NCBI GenBank assembly: GCA_963850235.1
Contig: CAWKKM010000019.1
Location: 88,949 to 152,948 of the forward strand
Source of the DNA: an uncultured Acidobacteriaceae bacterium
Lineage (GTDB): Bacteria > Acidobacteriota > Terriglobia > Terriglobales > Acidobacteriaceae
Direction of reading: 5' to 3'
DNA: 64,000 bases
Part shown: one piece after another, positions 49,517 through 58,987 of the stretch
How positions within the stretch are numbered: position 1 is the stretch's first letter
Layout: each line of letters starts with the position of its first letter
Notes under the pieces: model-generated
What the model saw: the letters and a program-made list of their open reading frames with translations, nothing else
Told to the model about the DNA's origin: nothing
Databases searched by the model: none
Made by a program: the position numbers and the translations under genes

Positions 49517-50848
49517 ATGAGCGGTCAAACTTCTTTTGTCCAGCAGGCACCGGTGCACCCGGAAACCTCTGCGCGCTTCGGTGATCTGCATCCGCCGCTT
49601 GACCGGCAGGCGGCGATTCCTGAATCCAATCGTTGCCTGTACTGCTTCGATGCACCCTGCACCGCGGCTTGCCCCACGCACATCGATGTGCCCCGGTTTA
49701 TCAAGAAGATCGCCAGCGGCAACCTGGCTGGATCGGCCCGCACTATCCTCGACGCCAATATCCTGGGCGCCAGCTGCGCCCGCGCCTGCCCGGTCGAGGT
49801 CTTGTGCGAAGGCTCTTGCGTGATGCACCGCTACAACAAGCAGCCCATCCAAATCGCACGGCTGCAGCGCTTTGCCATGGACTCGCTCCACGCGAGCGGC
49901 GCCCCGCTTCCCTTCACTCCAGCGGCAGATACCGGCCGTTCCGTAGCCCTCATCGGCGCCGGGCCGGCCTCGCTTGCCTGCGCGGCCGAACTGCGCCGTC
50001 GCGGCATCCGGGCCATTCTTTACGAAGCTCGGCCCTTGCCCGGAGGGCTGAACACCTATGGTGTCGCGGAATACAAGCTCCCGCTGGTAGAGAGCCTGCG
50101 CGAAATTGAAATGCTCTCGCAGCTCGGAGTGGAATTTCACTTCAACACCCTCATCGACGCTCAGGGCCTTGCCGGCCTCGAACGCGATCACGACGCTGTC
50201 TTCCTGGGAATCGGGCTGGGCGCCATCCACAAGCTTGGCGTCCCCGGCGAAGACCTGCCCGGCGTAACCAACGCGCTTGACCTGATTGCTGGCTACAAAT
50301 CTGGAACCTGCTTATCGACGCCGCCGCGCGTGGTCGTCATCGGCGCCGGGAACACCGCCATCGACGCCGCCGTCGCCGCGGTCCGCCTGGGTTCCAACGA
50401 TGTGCACATTGTCTACCGCCGCGGCGCGGAGCAGATGTCCGCCTTCACTTTCGAATACGAGCACGCACGCCTGGAGGGAGTAAAGTTCCTCTGGCATGTG
50501 CAGCCAACGCGAATTCTGGGCAGCGCCGCTGTGGAAGGTCTGGAGCTGATTAACTTGGCGGCTTCCGCGGATGGATCCATCGTTCCTCAACCGGGTTCGG
50601 AATTCAGCCTTCCTGCGGATCTGGTAGTCCTGGCCATCGGGCAAGCCAACCAAACCAGCCTGTCGGAAAAAATTCAACTCCAACGGGGCCGCATCGTGGT
50701 CGATCGAGCTACCGGCCAGACCTCGGTTCCAAAATACTTTTCCGGTGGGGACTGCACCAACGGCGGCCGCGAAGTAGTCGACGCGGTCGCTGACGGAAAA
50801 CGCGCAGGCATCGGCATCGCCGCGTGGCTGGGGGTCAAGCATGCCTGA
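49517..50848 (+). CDS. preT: NAD-dependent dihydropyrimidine dehydrogenase subunit PreT (GltD-like)
   Basis: This is ORF 49472..50848. I prefer the ATG at 49517 because it follows GGGAGAGGG. The Fe-S context is NRCLYCFDAPCTAACP. The dinucleotide fold is VALIGAGPASLACAAEL. Confidence 0.85.
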   Translation: MSGQTSFVQQAPVHPETSARFGDLHPPLDRQAAIPESNRCLYCFDAPCTAACPTHIDVPRFIKKIASGNLAGSARTILDANILGASCARACPVEVLCEGSCVMHRYNKQPIQIARLQRFAMDSLHASGAPLPFTPAADTGRSVALIGAGPASLACAAELRRRGIRAILYEARPLPGGLNTYGVAEYKLPLVESLREIEMLSQLGVEFHFNTLIDAQGLAGLERDHDAVFLGIGLGAIHKLGVPGEDLPGVTNALDLIAGYKSGTCLSTPPRVVVIGAGNTAIDAAVAAVRLGSNDVHIVYRRGAEQMSAFTFEYEHARLEGVKFLWHVQPTRILGSAAVEGLELINLAASADGSIVPQPGSEFSLPADLVVLAIGQANQTSLSEKIQLQRGRIVVDRATGQTSVPKYFSGGDCTNGGREVVDAVADGKRAGIGIAAWLGVKHA

Positions 50849-52226
50849 ACCAACGCTCGCAACCACCTTCTGCGGCATCCAGTGTCCCAATCCGTTTTGG
50901 CTTGCCTCCGCTCCGCCGACCAATTGCGGAGAGCAGATCATGCGCGCCTTCGATGCCGGCTGGGGCGGCGCGGTATGGAAAACCATCGGTGAGCCCATCA
51001 CCAATGTCAGCTCCCGTTATTCCTCCATCGATTGGGATGGCCGCCGCATGATGGGCTTCAACAACATCGAGCTCATCTCCGACCGCTCCATCGAGATCAA
51101 CCTCCAGGAGATGGCAGAGGTAAAGCGGCGCTACCCCAAACACGTGGTCATCGCCTCGCTCATGGTGGAGAGCAAACGCGAGACCTGGCACGATATTGTG
51201 CAGCGCGCAGAAGACGCCGGCGCCGATGGCCTGGAGCTGAACTTCGGTTGCCCCCACGGCATGAGCGAGCGGGGCATGGGATCGGCCGTCGGACAGGTGC
51301 CCGAGTACTGCCAGCAAATCACCGGCTGGGCGAAAGAAAAAGCGCGGACACCGGTGATCGTCAAGCTTACGCCGAACATCTCGGACATCCGCATGCCCGC
51401 ACGCGCGGCCAAGCGCGGCGGGGCCGATGCGCTCTCCGCCATCAACACCATCAACTCCATCACCGGCATCGACCTCGACACCCTGCAGCCCAACCCCAAC
51501 GTCGATGGCAAAAGCTCCCATGGCGGCTACTGCGGCCCGGCGGTGAAACCCATCGCGCTGAACATGGTGCAGCAAGTACAGTCCGACCCGCAAAGCGCGC
51601 TGCCCCTCTCCGGCATCGGCGGCATCGCCAATTGGAAAGACGCCGCTGAATTCATCCTGCTCGGTTGCACCACGGTGCAGGTGTGTACCGCAGCCATGCA
51701 TTACGGGTACCGCATCGTTGAAGATATGCAGGATGGACTGCTGGCGTGGATGGCGGAGAAAGGCTTTGCCACCATCGACGATTTCCGCGGGCTGTCGCTT
51801 CCCACCGTCGTCAACTGGAATCAGCTCAACCTAAATTACCAGATCGTCGCGCGCATTCACGAGGATCTGTGCATCGGCTGCCAGCTTTGTTACACCGCCT
51901 GCTGGGATGGCGCCCACCAGTGCATCCATCTCGATCGCACCTCGCCAGCGGCTGATACCACTCGCACCCCAGCCATGGTCGAGGCTGAAGCAGCCCGCCG
52001 CATTTCCACGACGCCCATTCCCAAACTCGACGCCGGCGCGGTTCGCACCAACGCGGTCACTCCATTGGAGCGTATTCCGCGCGTGGATGAACACCACTGT
52101 GTCGGTTGCAATCTCTGCTCGCTGGTTTGCCCGGTCGAAGGCTGCATCACCATGGAGCGGGTGGACAACGGTCTTGCCCCGCAGAGTTGGTCGGAGCGCA
52201 CTGCCGCAGCGCCCGTGAGGTCGTGA
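50841..52226 (+). CDS. preA: dihydropyrimidine dehydrogenase subunit PreA (DHOD-like TIM barrel plus 2x[4Fe-4S])
   Basis: The protein is 461 aa and overlaps preT by 8 nt. It has ELNFGCPHGM and C-terminal ferredoxin motifs (CIGCQLCYTAC, CVGCNLCSLVCP). Confidence 0.88.
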   Translation: MPEPTLATTFCGIQCPNPFWLASAPPTNCGEQIMRAFDAGWGGAVWKTIGEPITNVSSRYSSIDWDGRRMMGFNNIELISDRSIEINLQEMAEVKRRYPKHVVIASLMVESKRETWHDIVQRAEDAGADGLELNFGCPHGMSERGMGSAVGQVPEYCQQITGWAKEKARTPVIVKLTPNISDIRMPARAAKRGGADALSAINTINSITGIDLDTLQPNPNVDGKSSHGGYCGPAVKPIALNMVQQVQSDPQSALPLSGIGGIANWKDAAEFILLGCTTVQVCTAAMHYGYRIVEDMQDGLLAWMAEKGFATIDDFRGLSLPTVVNWNQLNLNYQIVARIHEDLCIGCQLCYTACWDGAHQCIHLDRTSPAADTTRTPAMVEAEAARRISTTPIPKLDAGAVRTNAVTPLERIPRVDEHHCVGCNLCSLVCPVEGCITMERVDNGLAPQSWSERTAAAPVRS

Positions 52227-52232
52227 AACTTT

Positions 52233-53634
52233 ATGGCTACCCTGATCAAGAACGGCACCGTCGTCAACGCCGATGGCCAGAGCAAGGCCGACGTGCTCTT
52301 CGCCGGGGAAACGATTCAGAAGGTCGGCCCTGATCTTCCTACAGAGGGTCATACAGTCATCGACGCCACTGGCCTTCTCGTCATGCCCGGTGGAGTGGAC
52401 GTTCATACCCATCTGGATATGCCCTTCGGCGGCACTGTTTCGGCCGACGATTACCGCACCGGCACCATTGCCGCGGCCGTCGGTGGAACAACTACGGTCA
52501 TCGATTTCGTCCTGCAGTCACGCGGCCACACCATGGCTGAAGCGCTCGAAACCTGGCTGGGTAAGAGCGACGGGAAAGCCTGCGTTGACTTCGGGCTGCA
52601 CATGGCCGTCACCGATCTTGGTCCCGGCGACGGTTCGCAAGGGCTGGCAGAGATGGAAACCATGGTGGCCAAGGGCATCTCATCATTCAAGCTCTTCATG
52701 GCCTACCCCAATGTGCTGATGATCGACGACGGCCTGATGTACAAGGTCATGCACAAGGCCGGCATGTTGAACGCGCTCTGCTGCGTGCACGCCGAGAATG
52801 GCCACGTCATCGACGTGGTCGTATCGCGCATGATCGCCGAGGGCAAGACGGCGCCGCACTTTCATGCGCACAGCCGTTCGGCCAAAATGGAGGCCGAGGC
52901 CACCCACCGGGCTATCCATATCGGGGAGATGGCCGGCGCCGCGGTTTACATCGTGCATCTTTCCAACGAAGACGCGCTGCGCGAGTTGAAGCATGCGCAG
53001 CAGCGCGGCCTGCGTGCGCTGGCGGAAACCTGTCCCCAATACCTGGTGCTCTCGCTTGAAGAGCACATGCCCGGCAAGAGCTGGGATGAAGCGAAATACG
53101 TCTTCACTCCGCCGCTGCGCGCAAAGCATAACCAGGCGCCGCTTTGGAAAGCGCTGCAAGATGGCACGCTCTCCGTAGTCTCCACCGACCACTGCCCTTT
53201 CCGCTTTTGCCGATCAGAAGGCGCTGGGCAAAGACAACTTCACCAAAATTCCCAACGGCGGCCCCGGCATCGAGAATCGCATGCAGATCCTGTGGCAGTT
53301 TGGTGTGAATGCAGGACAACTCACGCCGGAAAAGTTTGTCGAGCTCTGCTGCGCCGCGCCGGCACGCATCTTCGGCATGCCACAAAAAGGATCTATCACC
53401 CCAGGCAAGGATGCCGACGTTCTGCTTTGGGATCCGAAGGTCTCTTACACCATCACGGCCGCTACGCAAGCCATGGCAACCGACTACTCCATGTTCGAAG
53501 GATGGAAAGTGACTGGGAATGCCAGGCACGTCTTTTCCCGCGGAGAGCTGGTGGTCAAGGACGGTCAGTGGATCGGAAAGACCGGGCGCGGACGTTTCCT
53601 CAAGCGGGAAGCCAACGCCGGAGGATTCGCCTGA
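52233..53634 (+). pseudogene. dihydropyrimidinase / D-hydantoinase, one frameshift as assembled
   Basis: The N-terminal 324 aa come from ORF 52233.. (GGVDVHTHLDMPFGG...STDHCPFRF). They continue in the +1 frame as ADQKALGKDNFTKIPNGGPGIENRMQILW... (ORF 53281..53634). The break is in the T4 run at 53205-53208. The span is 1402 nt, which is 3n+1. Confidence 0.8.
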
Positions 53635-55046
53635 TGCCGGTGCTCACCGACGTAGATCCGCGCCTCTACAACGCGGACCTCGCCCCGACTTCGCCGGCGA
53701 ATCGTACCTGGAGCACTTACAATTACATCGCCCTGTGGTTCTCCATGTCGATGGAGGTCACCACCTACATGCTGGCCTCTTCCCTGATCGCCGGGGGCAT
53801 GAACTGGAAGCAGGCGCTCTTCACCATCCTGCTGGGCAACCTGATTGTGCTCGTGCCCATGCTCCTGAATGCGCACGCAGGCGCCAAGTACGGAATTCCT
53901 TTCCCGGTCTTCGTGCGTGCCAGCTTCGGGGCGCTTGGAGCGAATATTCCGGCGATGCTGCGCGCCCTGGTGGCGTGCGGATGGTTCGGTATTCAATCCT
54001 GGTTAGGCGGCCAGGCGATCGCCGCCATGATCGCTGTGGTATGGCCGGCAACAGCTCACAATCCCGCGGTTCTGTGGTCAAGCTTTCTCGGCTTTTGGCT
54101 GCTGAATATGTTCGTGGTGTGGTGCGGCGTCGAATCCATCCGCTTTCTGCAAAGTTTTTCAGCGCCCTTCATGCTGGTGATGTCGCTGACGCTGCTGTTC
54201 TGGATGCTGCACCAGGCAGGCGGTTTTGGGCCCATGCTTTCGGCGCCTAGCCGATTCCATAGCACCGGCGCCTTCCTTCACTTCTTCTTCCCGTCGTTGA
54301 CGGCGATGGTGGGCTATTGGGCTACGCTTTCGCTCAATATTCCTGACTTCACCCGCTATGCCAAGTCGCAGGACTCGCAGATTGTCGGCCAGGCCTTTGG
54401 TTTGCCGGTAGCGATGACGCTTTATTCGTTCGTTGGGATAGCGTGCACGTCTGCCTCGGAAAAGATTTTCGGCGAGGCGATCTGGTCGCCCATCACGCTG
54501 CTCAGCCGGTTTCACCAGCCGGTGGCGGCGATACTCGCGTTGGTCGCGGTGCTGGTGGCGACCCTCAACGTGAACATTGGCGCCAACGTGGTCTCACCTT
54601 CCAATGATTTCTCGAACCTTGCGCCGCGCCTGATCAGCTTTCGCACCGGGGGCCTGATCACCGGCTTTCTCGGCCTGGCCATGATGCCCTGGAAGCTGAT
54701 GAGCACGTTTGGCACTTACATCTTTGGCTGGCTGGTCGGTTATTCCGGATTGCTCGGCCCGGTAGCCGGCATCATGGTGGCGGACTATTTCCTGATCCGC
54801 GGCACGCATCTGGACGTGGCGTCGCTCTATCATCGCGGAGGTCCCTACGAGTACTCACGCGGATTGAATCCGCGTGCGGTGGCCGCGCTGGTGATCGGCG
54901 TATTTGTCGCTCTCATCGGGCTCGCAGTGCCGGCGGTGCGTTTCCTGTATGACTACGCCTGGTTCGCCGGCTTCTTTTTATCGGCAGCGATTTATTACGC
55001 ATTGATGCTGCGGTACAAGCCGTCAATATCACCCAACATCACTTAA
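53634..55046 (+). CDS. NCS1 family nucleobase:cation symporter (hydantoin/uracil/allantoin permease type)
   Basis: The ATG at 53634 overlaps the dihydropyrimidinase stop (TGATG). The N-terminus MPVLTDVDPRLYNADLAPTSPANRTWSTYNYIALWFSMSMEV is typical of NCS1. It appears in the ORF track only as the tail of the 937-aa ORF. Confidence 0.85.
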   Translation: MPVLTDVDPRLYNADLAPTSPANRTWSTYNYIALWFSMSMEVTTYMLASSLIAGGMNWKQALFTILLGNLIVLVPMLLNAHAGAKYGIPFPVFVRASFGALGANIPAMLRALVACGWFGIQSWLGGQAIAAMIAVVWPATAHNPAVLWSSFLGFWLLNMFVVWCGVESIRFLQSFSAPFMLVMSLTLLFWMLHQAGGFGPMLSAPSRFHSTGAFLHFFFPSLTAMVGYWATLSLNIPDFTRYAKSQDSQIVGQAFGLPVAMTLYSFVGIACTSASEKIFGEAIWSPITLLSRFHQPVAAILALVAVLVATLNVNIGANVVSPSNDFSNLAPRLISFRTGGLITGFLGLAMMPWKLMSTFGTYIFGWLVGYSGLLGPVAGIMVADYFLIRGTHLDVASLYHRGGPYEYSRGLNPRAVAALVIGVFVALIGLAVPAVRFLYDYAWFAGFFLSAAIYYALMLRYKPSISPNIT

Positions 55047-55209
55047 GGAACTGGGCGGGTGCGCCATGTTCGCCAAAGCGTACGTGGGCCGAAGTTGTTA
55101 TTTTTCGAATGCTCTTTGGGACTTGAACACAAAAGCGGTTGTTGGGGCTTTGCCCCGCCCTTTTCGGCCCACGTACGCTTTGGCGAACGTGGGGCACCCA
55201 TCCGGATCC
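55047..55209. repeat. A-type inverted doublet
   Basis: The left arm is 55047-55094 in reverse orientation and the right arm is 55160-55209. Both arms share TCGGCCCACGTACGCTTTGGCGAAC. The centre contains a TTCGAATGCT motif also seen at 46711-46720, plus the hairpin GGGGC-TTT-GCCCC. Confidence 0.85.
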
Positions 55210-55235
55210 TCTAACGGCGTTGAAGGTTAGAAAAG

Positions 55236-56909
55236 ATGCTAAGAGAAGTTATCGTCTCCACTGTCGTGGCAATTACGGCTCTCTCTACGTCAGCGGAAGA
55301 CCGCTCCTACGGCCGCTCCATGGTAATTACACCCTACGGCATCGTGGCCACCAGCTACGTGCAGGCCTCGCAAGCCGGCGCACGCATCCTGGAGCAGGGC
55401 GGTTCAGCCATCGACGCCGGTATAGCGGCGAACGCGGTCCTCGGCGTGGCCGAGCCGATGATGAACGGCATCGGAGGCGACCTGTTCGCCATCTACCGGG
55501 ACGCGAAAACAGGTAAGCTCTACGGACTCAACGCCAGTGGCTGGGCGCCCCAGGGCCTGACCATCGATCACCTGGAAGCGAAGGGCATTCACGCCATGCC
55601 CCAGTCGGGCATCGACTCCGTGACTGTGCCTGGCGCCGTCGACGGATGGACCAAACTTCATGACAAGTTCGGCAAGCTAGCCTGGCGTGAATTGTTTCAG
55701 CCGGCGATCTTCTATGCCGGCCATGGCTACGCGGTACCAGAAGCGATCAGCGACTACTGGGAAGGCGCCGCAGCCAGCCTGGCGCCCTATCCGGAGAGCA
55801 GGCGCGTCTATCTGCCGGATGGCAAAGCGCCCGCCACCGGCCAGGTCTTTCGCAATCCCGATCTGGCCCACGCGCTCACCATCATTGCCGAACAGGGCGA
55901 GGCCGGCTTCTACAAAGGCGACATTGCCAAAGCCATCCTGAAGACTTCCTCGGAACTGGGCGGCACCATGACCGCCGATGACTTGAGCCAATACTCCGCG
56001 GAGTGGGTCGAACCGATCTCCACCAAATACCGTGATTGGACAGTGTATGAGCTGCCCCCTAATGGCGACGGCATGGCCGCGCTCGAAATGCTCAACATCA
56101 TGGAAACCTTCAAACCCGCGAGCGAAGGCCCGCTGAGCGTGCCAGAGTTGCACACCCGGATCGAGGCTATGAAGTTAGCCTATGCTGACGTAGAAACCTA
56201 CGATGGAGATCCCAAATTTGCATCAATCCCGGTGACCCAACTCATCTCGAAGCCATTCGCCGCCAGCCGCGCTGCGTTGATCGACGCCGGCAAAGCGAAC
56301 TGCGAAGTCGCACCCGGCGCCCTGCCCAAGAGCGACACCACTTATCTCTCGGTGGTAGACCGCGAAGGAAATATCCTCTCCCTTATCCAGAGCAACTACG
56401 AAGCCTTTGGATCGGATGTCACGGTCAAGGACATGGGCTTCGCTCTGCAGGATCGTGGCGGGCTCTTCTCGGTCGACCGCAAATCCCCCGATGCGCTCGC
56501 CGGCCACAAACGGCCGTTCCACACCATCATTCCCGCCTTCATGGAGCACGGCGACCAACACATCGGTTTCGGCATCATGGGGGGCATGAACCAGCCGCTG
56601 GCGCACGCGCAGTTTGTTTCCAACATCGTCGACTACCACATGAATATTCAGGCCGCGATGGAAGAAGCGCGCTTCACGGTAAGCGGCAAGTTGGGATGCA
56701 ACATCCTCATCGAGTCGCGGGTGCCACCGGCTTCGCTCGAAAAGCTCACCGCCATGGGTCACGTATTCGACGTCCGCAAGGAGTATTCCACCACCATGGG
56801 GCGCGGGCAGGCCGTACTCCACGACAGCACCACCAACATCAACTATGGAGCCTCGGAGCCGCGCGCTGATGGTGCGGCTGTGCCCGAGGTACCGCAGCTT
56901 ACCAGATAG
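55236..56909 (+). CDS. ggt: gamma-glutamyltransferase
   Basis: The protein is 557 aa with a signal peptide. It has GGSAIDAGIAANAVLGVAEPMMNGIGGD and the autoprocessing site region SDTTYLSVVDREGN. Confidence 0.9.
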   Translation: MLREVIVSTVVAITALSTSAEDRSYGRSMVITPYGIVATSYVQASQAGARILEQGGSAIDAGIAANAVLGVAEPMMNGIGGDLFAIYRDAKTGKLYGLNASGWAPQGLTIDHLEAKGIHAMPQSGIDSVTVPGAVDGWTKLHDKFGKLAWRELFQPAIFYAGHGYAVPEAISDYWEGAAASLAPYPESRRVYLPDGKAPATGQVFRNPDLAHALTIIAEQGEAGFYKGDIAKAILKTSSELGGTMTADDLSQYSAEWVEPISTKYRDWTVYELPPNGDGMAALEMLNIMETFKPASEGPLSVPELHTRIEAMKLAYADVETYDGDPKFASIPVTQLISKPFAASRAALIDAGKANCEVAPGALPKSDTTYLSVVDREGNILSLIQSNYEAFGSDVTVKDMGFALQDRGGLFSVDRKSPDALAGHKRPFHTIIPAFMEHGDQHIGFGIMGGMNQPLAHAQFVSNIVDYHMNIQAAMEEARFTVSGKLGCNILIESRVPPASLEKLTAMGHVFDVRKEYSTTMGRGQAVLHDSTTNINYGASEPRADGAAVPEVPQLTR

Positions 56910-58947
56910 TGCAGCGATTGACCGGAGCCATCGGCTGGCCGGTCTTGCACGCAAAGGCCTTCTGGAACTCGGGAAGGTTCTTCACCACGCCATTGGCGCG
57001 AAACTCCTCAGGAGAGTGGGGATCGGTCTGTATGCGCAGGCGCAAATTTTCCGGACGGTTGTTCTGGCACCAATTTTGACCGTAGGAAACGAAGAACTGT
57101 TGCTGCGGGTTCAGTCCTCCGTACTCCGCGCTTCCCTTCTTCTCGAGATCGACGCCATCCTTCTGAGCGCGGTCCAGGTAGGCGAGGAAGGCCAGCTTAA
57201 GCCCGCCAAGATCGGCAATGTTTTCGCCCAGGGTAAGCTTGCCGTTCACGTGCAGATCGTCCACCCCGACAAAGCCGTCGTACTCCTTCACCACACAATC
57301 AGCGCGTTCGGTAAATTGCTTGCCGTCCGCAGGGGTCCACCACTCTTCAAAATTTCCCTTGGCGTCAAACTGGCGCCCCTCATCGTCAAAGCCGTGGGTC
57401 AGCTCATGGCCGATCACGGCTCCCGCCGCACCGTAGTTCACTGCATCATTCCGGCTCCCATCGAAGAACGGTGGCTGCAGAATACCGGCAGGAAAGTTGA
57501 TGTCGTTCAATTGAGCACTGTAGTAAGCATTTACGGTAGGCGGACTCATGCCCCATTCGCCGCGATCCACCGGCTTGCCGATTTTCGCGATCTCGCGGCG
57601 TTCTTCAAACGCAGCTGCCTGCAACGCATTTCCCAGCGCATCGCCGCGGGTTACGGTCAGGGTCGAGTAGTCACGCCATTTGTCGGGATACCCGATCTTA
57701 TTCGCAACCGCATGCAACTTTTCTTTCGCCCGTGCTTTGGTGGTCGCGCTCATCCAGGACAGTTGATCAATATCCCGGCCCATCGCAGCCTCCACGTCAT
57801 GAGTCAGCTCCAGGGTTCGTGCTTTGTCTTTCGGGCTAAACCTCTGCTCAACATAGACCTGCCCCAGGGCCTCTCCGAGCGCGTCGTCGGTCGCCCGGAC
57901 ACACCGCTTCCATCTCGGCTTCTGTTCCGGCTGGCCATCCAGGGTTTTGCCGTAGAAGTCGAACCGCTCCCGATCGAGCGCCTGGGGAAAAACCGTCGAC
58001 GGTAAGTGCCGGATCGTCGCCCAGCGAAGGTAGGTCTTCCAATCATCCAGGCTGGTACTCACGAGGACCTTGTTCAGACCCGCAAAATAGGCCGGCGTGG
58101 TTACGTTGAGCGATGCCACCGGGGGTGTATTGGCTGCGCGCAGAAAGCGGGCGAAGTTGAAGGACGGCGTGGCGCTGTCAAACTTCGCCAGATCCGTCTT
58201 GTGGTAGAGATTGGCAGGATCGCGCCGGTCCACTGTACTGAGGGAAAAACCAGCCAGCGCCGTCTCCAGTTTCAGAACCGTTTCGGCATCCTTGGCCGCC
58301 TGCGCGTGATCTTCGCCGAGCAGCTCGAAGGTGCGTGCCAGGTGGGCCTGATACTGGCCACGCAGTTTCAGGGACTTTTCATCCTGGCGCTCGTAGTACC
58401 CCTTTTCCGGCAAACCCAATTCCATCTGGTCCACGATCGCGATCTGTTGGGTCGCATCCTTGAAGTCCTGGTCGGAGCCGAAGGCAAACAGCGTGTTCAC
58501 GCCGATGCTGTCCATGTAAGCCGCAAATTCCGGTAGTTCGTCTTTCGACTTGAGAGCTGCGATGCGATCCAGCAGCGGTTGCAGAGGCTTGAGACCGGTG
58601 CTGTCCACCGCTTCGACGTTCATGCAGGTGGCATAGTAGTCGCCGATTTTCTGTTCGTTTGCGGTCCGGCCGGCGCCGCCGGCAGCGGCTTTTTCAAGAA
58701 TCGCTTTCAACACCAGTTGATTTTGGTCGTTCAGCTCGTCGAACTGTCCATAAGAGGATTCGTCCGCCGGAATCGGAGTCTGCTTGAGATATCCGCCGCA
58801 CGAGTACTGAAAGAAGTTCACGCACGGGTCAGCGGTGGTATCCATCAGGTTCGGATTGAAGGCTTTGATCGACTTCTGCGCTGAAGCAGGCAGCAGCGCC
58901 GCCACAAACCATAACAGTGAAAACGAAAGCGTAATGCGCGCGCTCAT
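56899..58947 (-). CDS. M13 family metallopeptidase (PepO/neprilysin-like), secreted
   Basis: The protein is 682 aa with a signal peptide. VIGHELTHGFDD carries the HExxH motif. Its 3' end overlaps ggt by 11 nt. Confidence 0.9.
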   Translation of the reverse strand: MSARITLSFSLLWFVAALLPASAQKSIKAFNPNLMDTTADPCVNFFQYSCGGYLKQTPIPADESSYGQFDELNDQNQLVLKAILEKAAAGGAGRTANEQKIGDYYATCMNVEAVDSTGLKPLQPLLDRIAALKSKDELPEFAAYMDSIGVNTLFAFGSDQDFKDATQQIAIVDQMELGLPEKGYYERQDEKSLKLRGQYQAHLARTFELLGEDHAQAAKDAETVLKLETALAGFSLSTVDRRDPANLYHKTDLAKFDSATPSFNFARFLRAANTPPVASLNVTTPAYFAGLNKVLVSTSLDDWKTYLRWATIRHLPSTVFPQALDRERFDFYGKTLDGQPEQKPRWKRCVRATDDALGEALGQVYVEQRFSPKDKARTLELTHDVEAAMGRDIDQLSWMSATTKARAKEKLHAVANKIGYPDKWRDYSTLTVTRGDALGNALQAAAFEERREIAKIGKPVDRGEWGMSPPTVNAYYSAQLNDINFPAGILQPPFFDGSRNDAVNYGAAGAVIGHELTHGFDDEGRQFDAKGNFEEWWTPADGKQFTERADCVVKEYDGFVGVDDLHVNGKLTLGENIADLGGLKLAFLAYLDRAQKDGVDLEKKGSAEYGGLNPQQQFFVSYGQNWCQNNRPENLRLRIQTDPHSPEEFRANGVVKNLPEFQKAFACKTGQPMAPVNRCTIW

Positions 58948-58987
58948 ACCACCTCACTCAGTCCAACGTATTAGGAAAAGGCTCGCC

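Noticed and set aside
53199-53210. Programmed +1 ribosomal frameshifting as an explanation for the six +1 breaks
   Set aside because: Only the dihydropyrimidinase site (CGC-TTT-T-GCC) offers a tRNA re-pairing opportunity. The other sites share no slippery motif, no rare or stop codon and no upstream SD-like stimulator. Six unrelated genes using recoding is far less likely than insertion errors.
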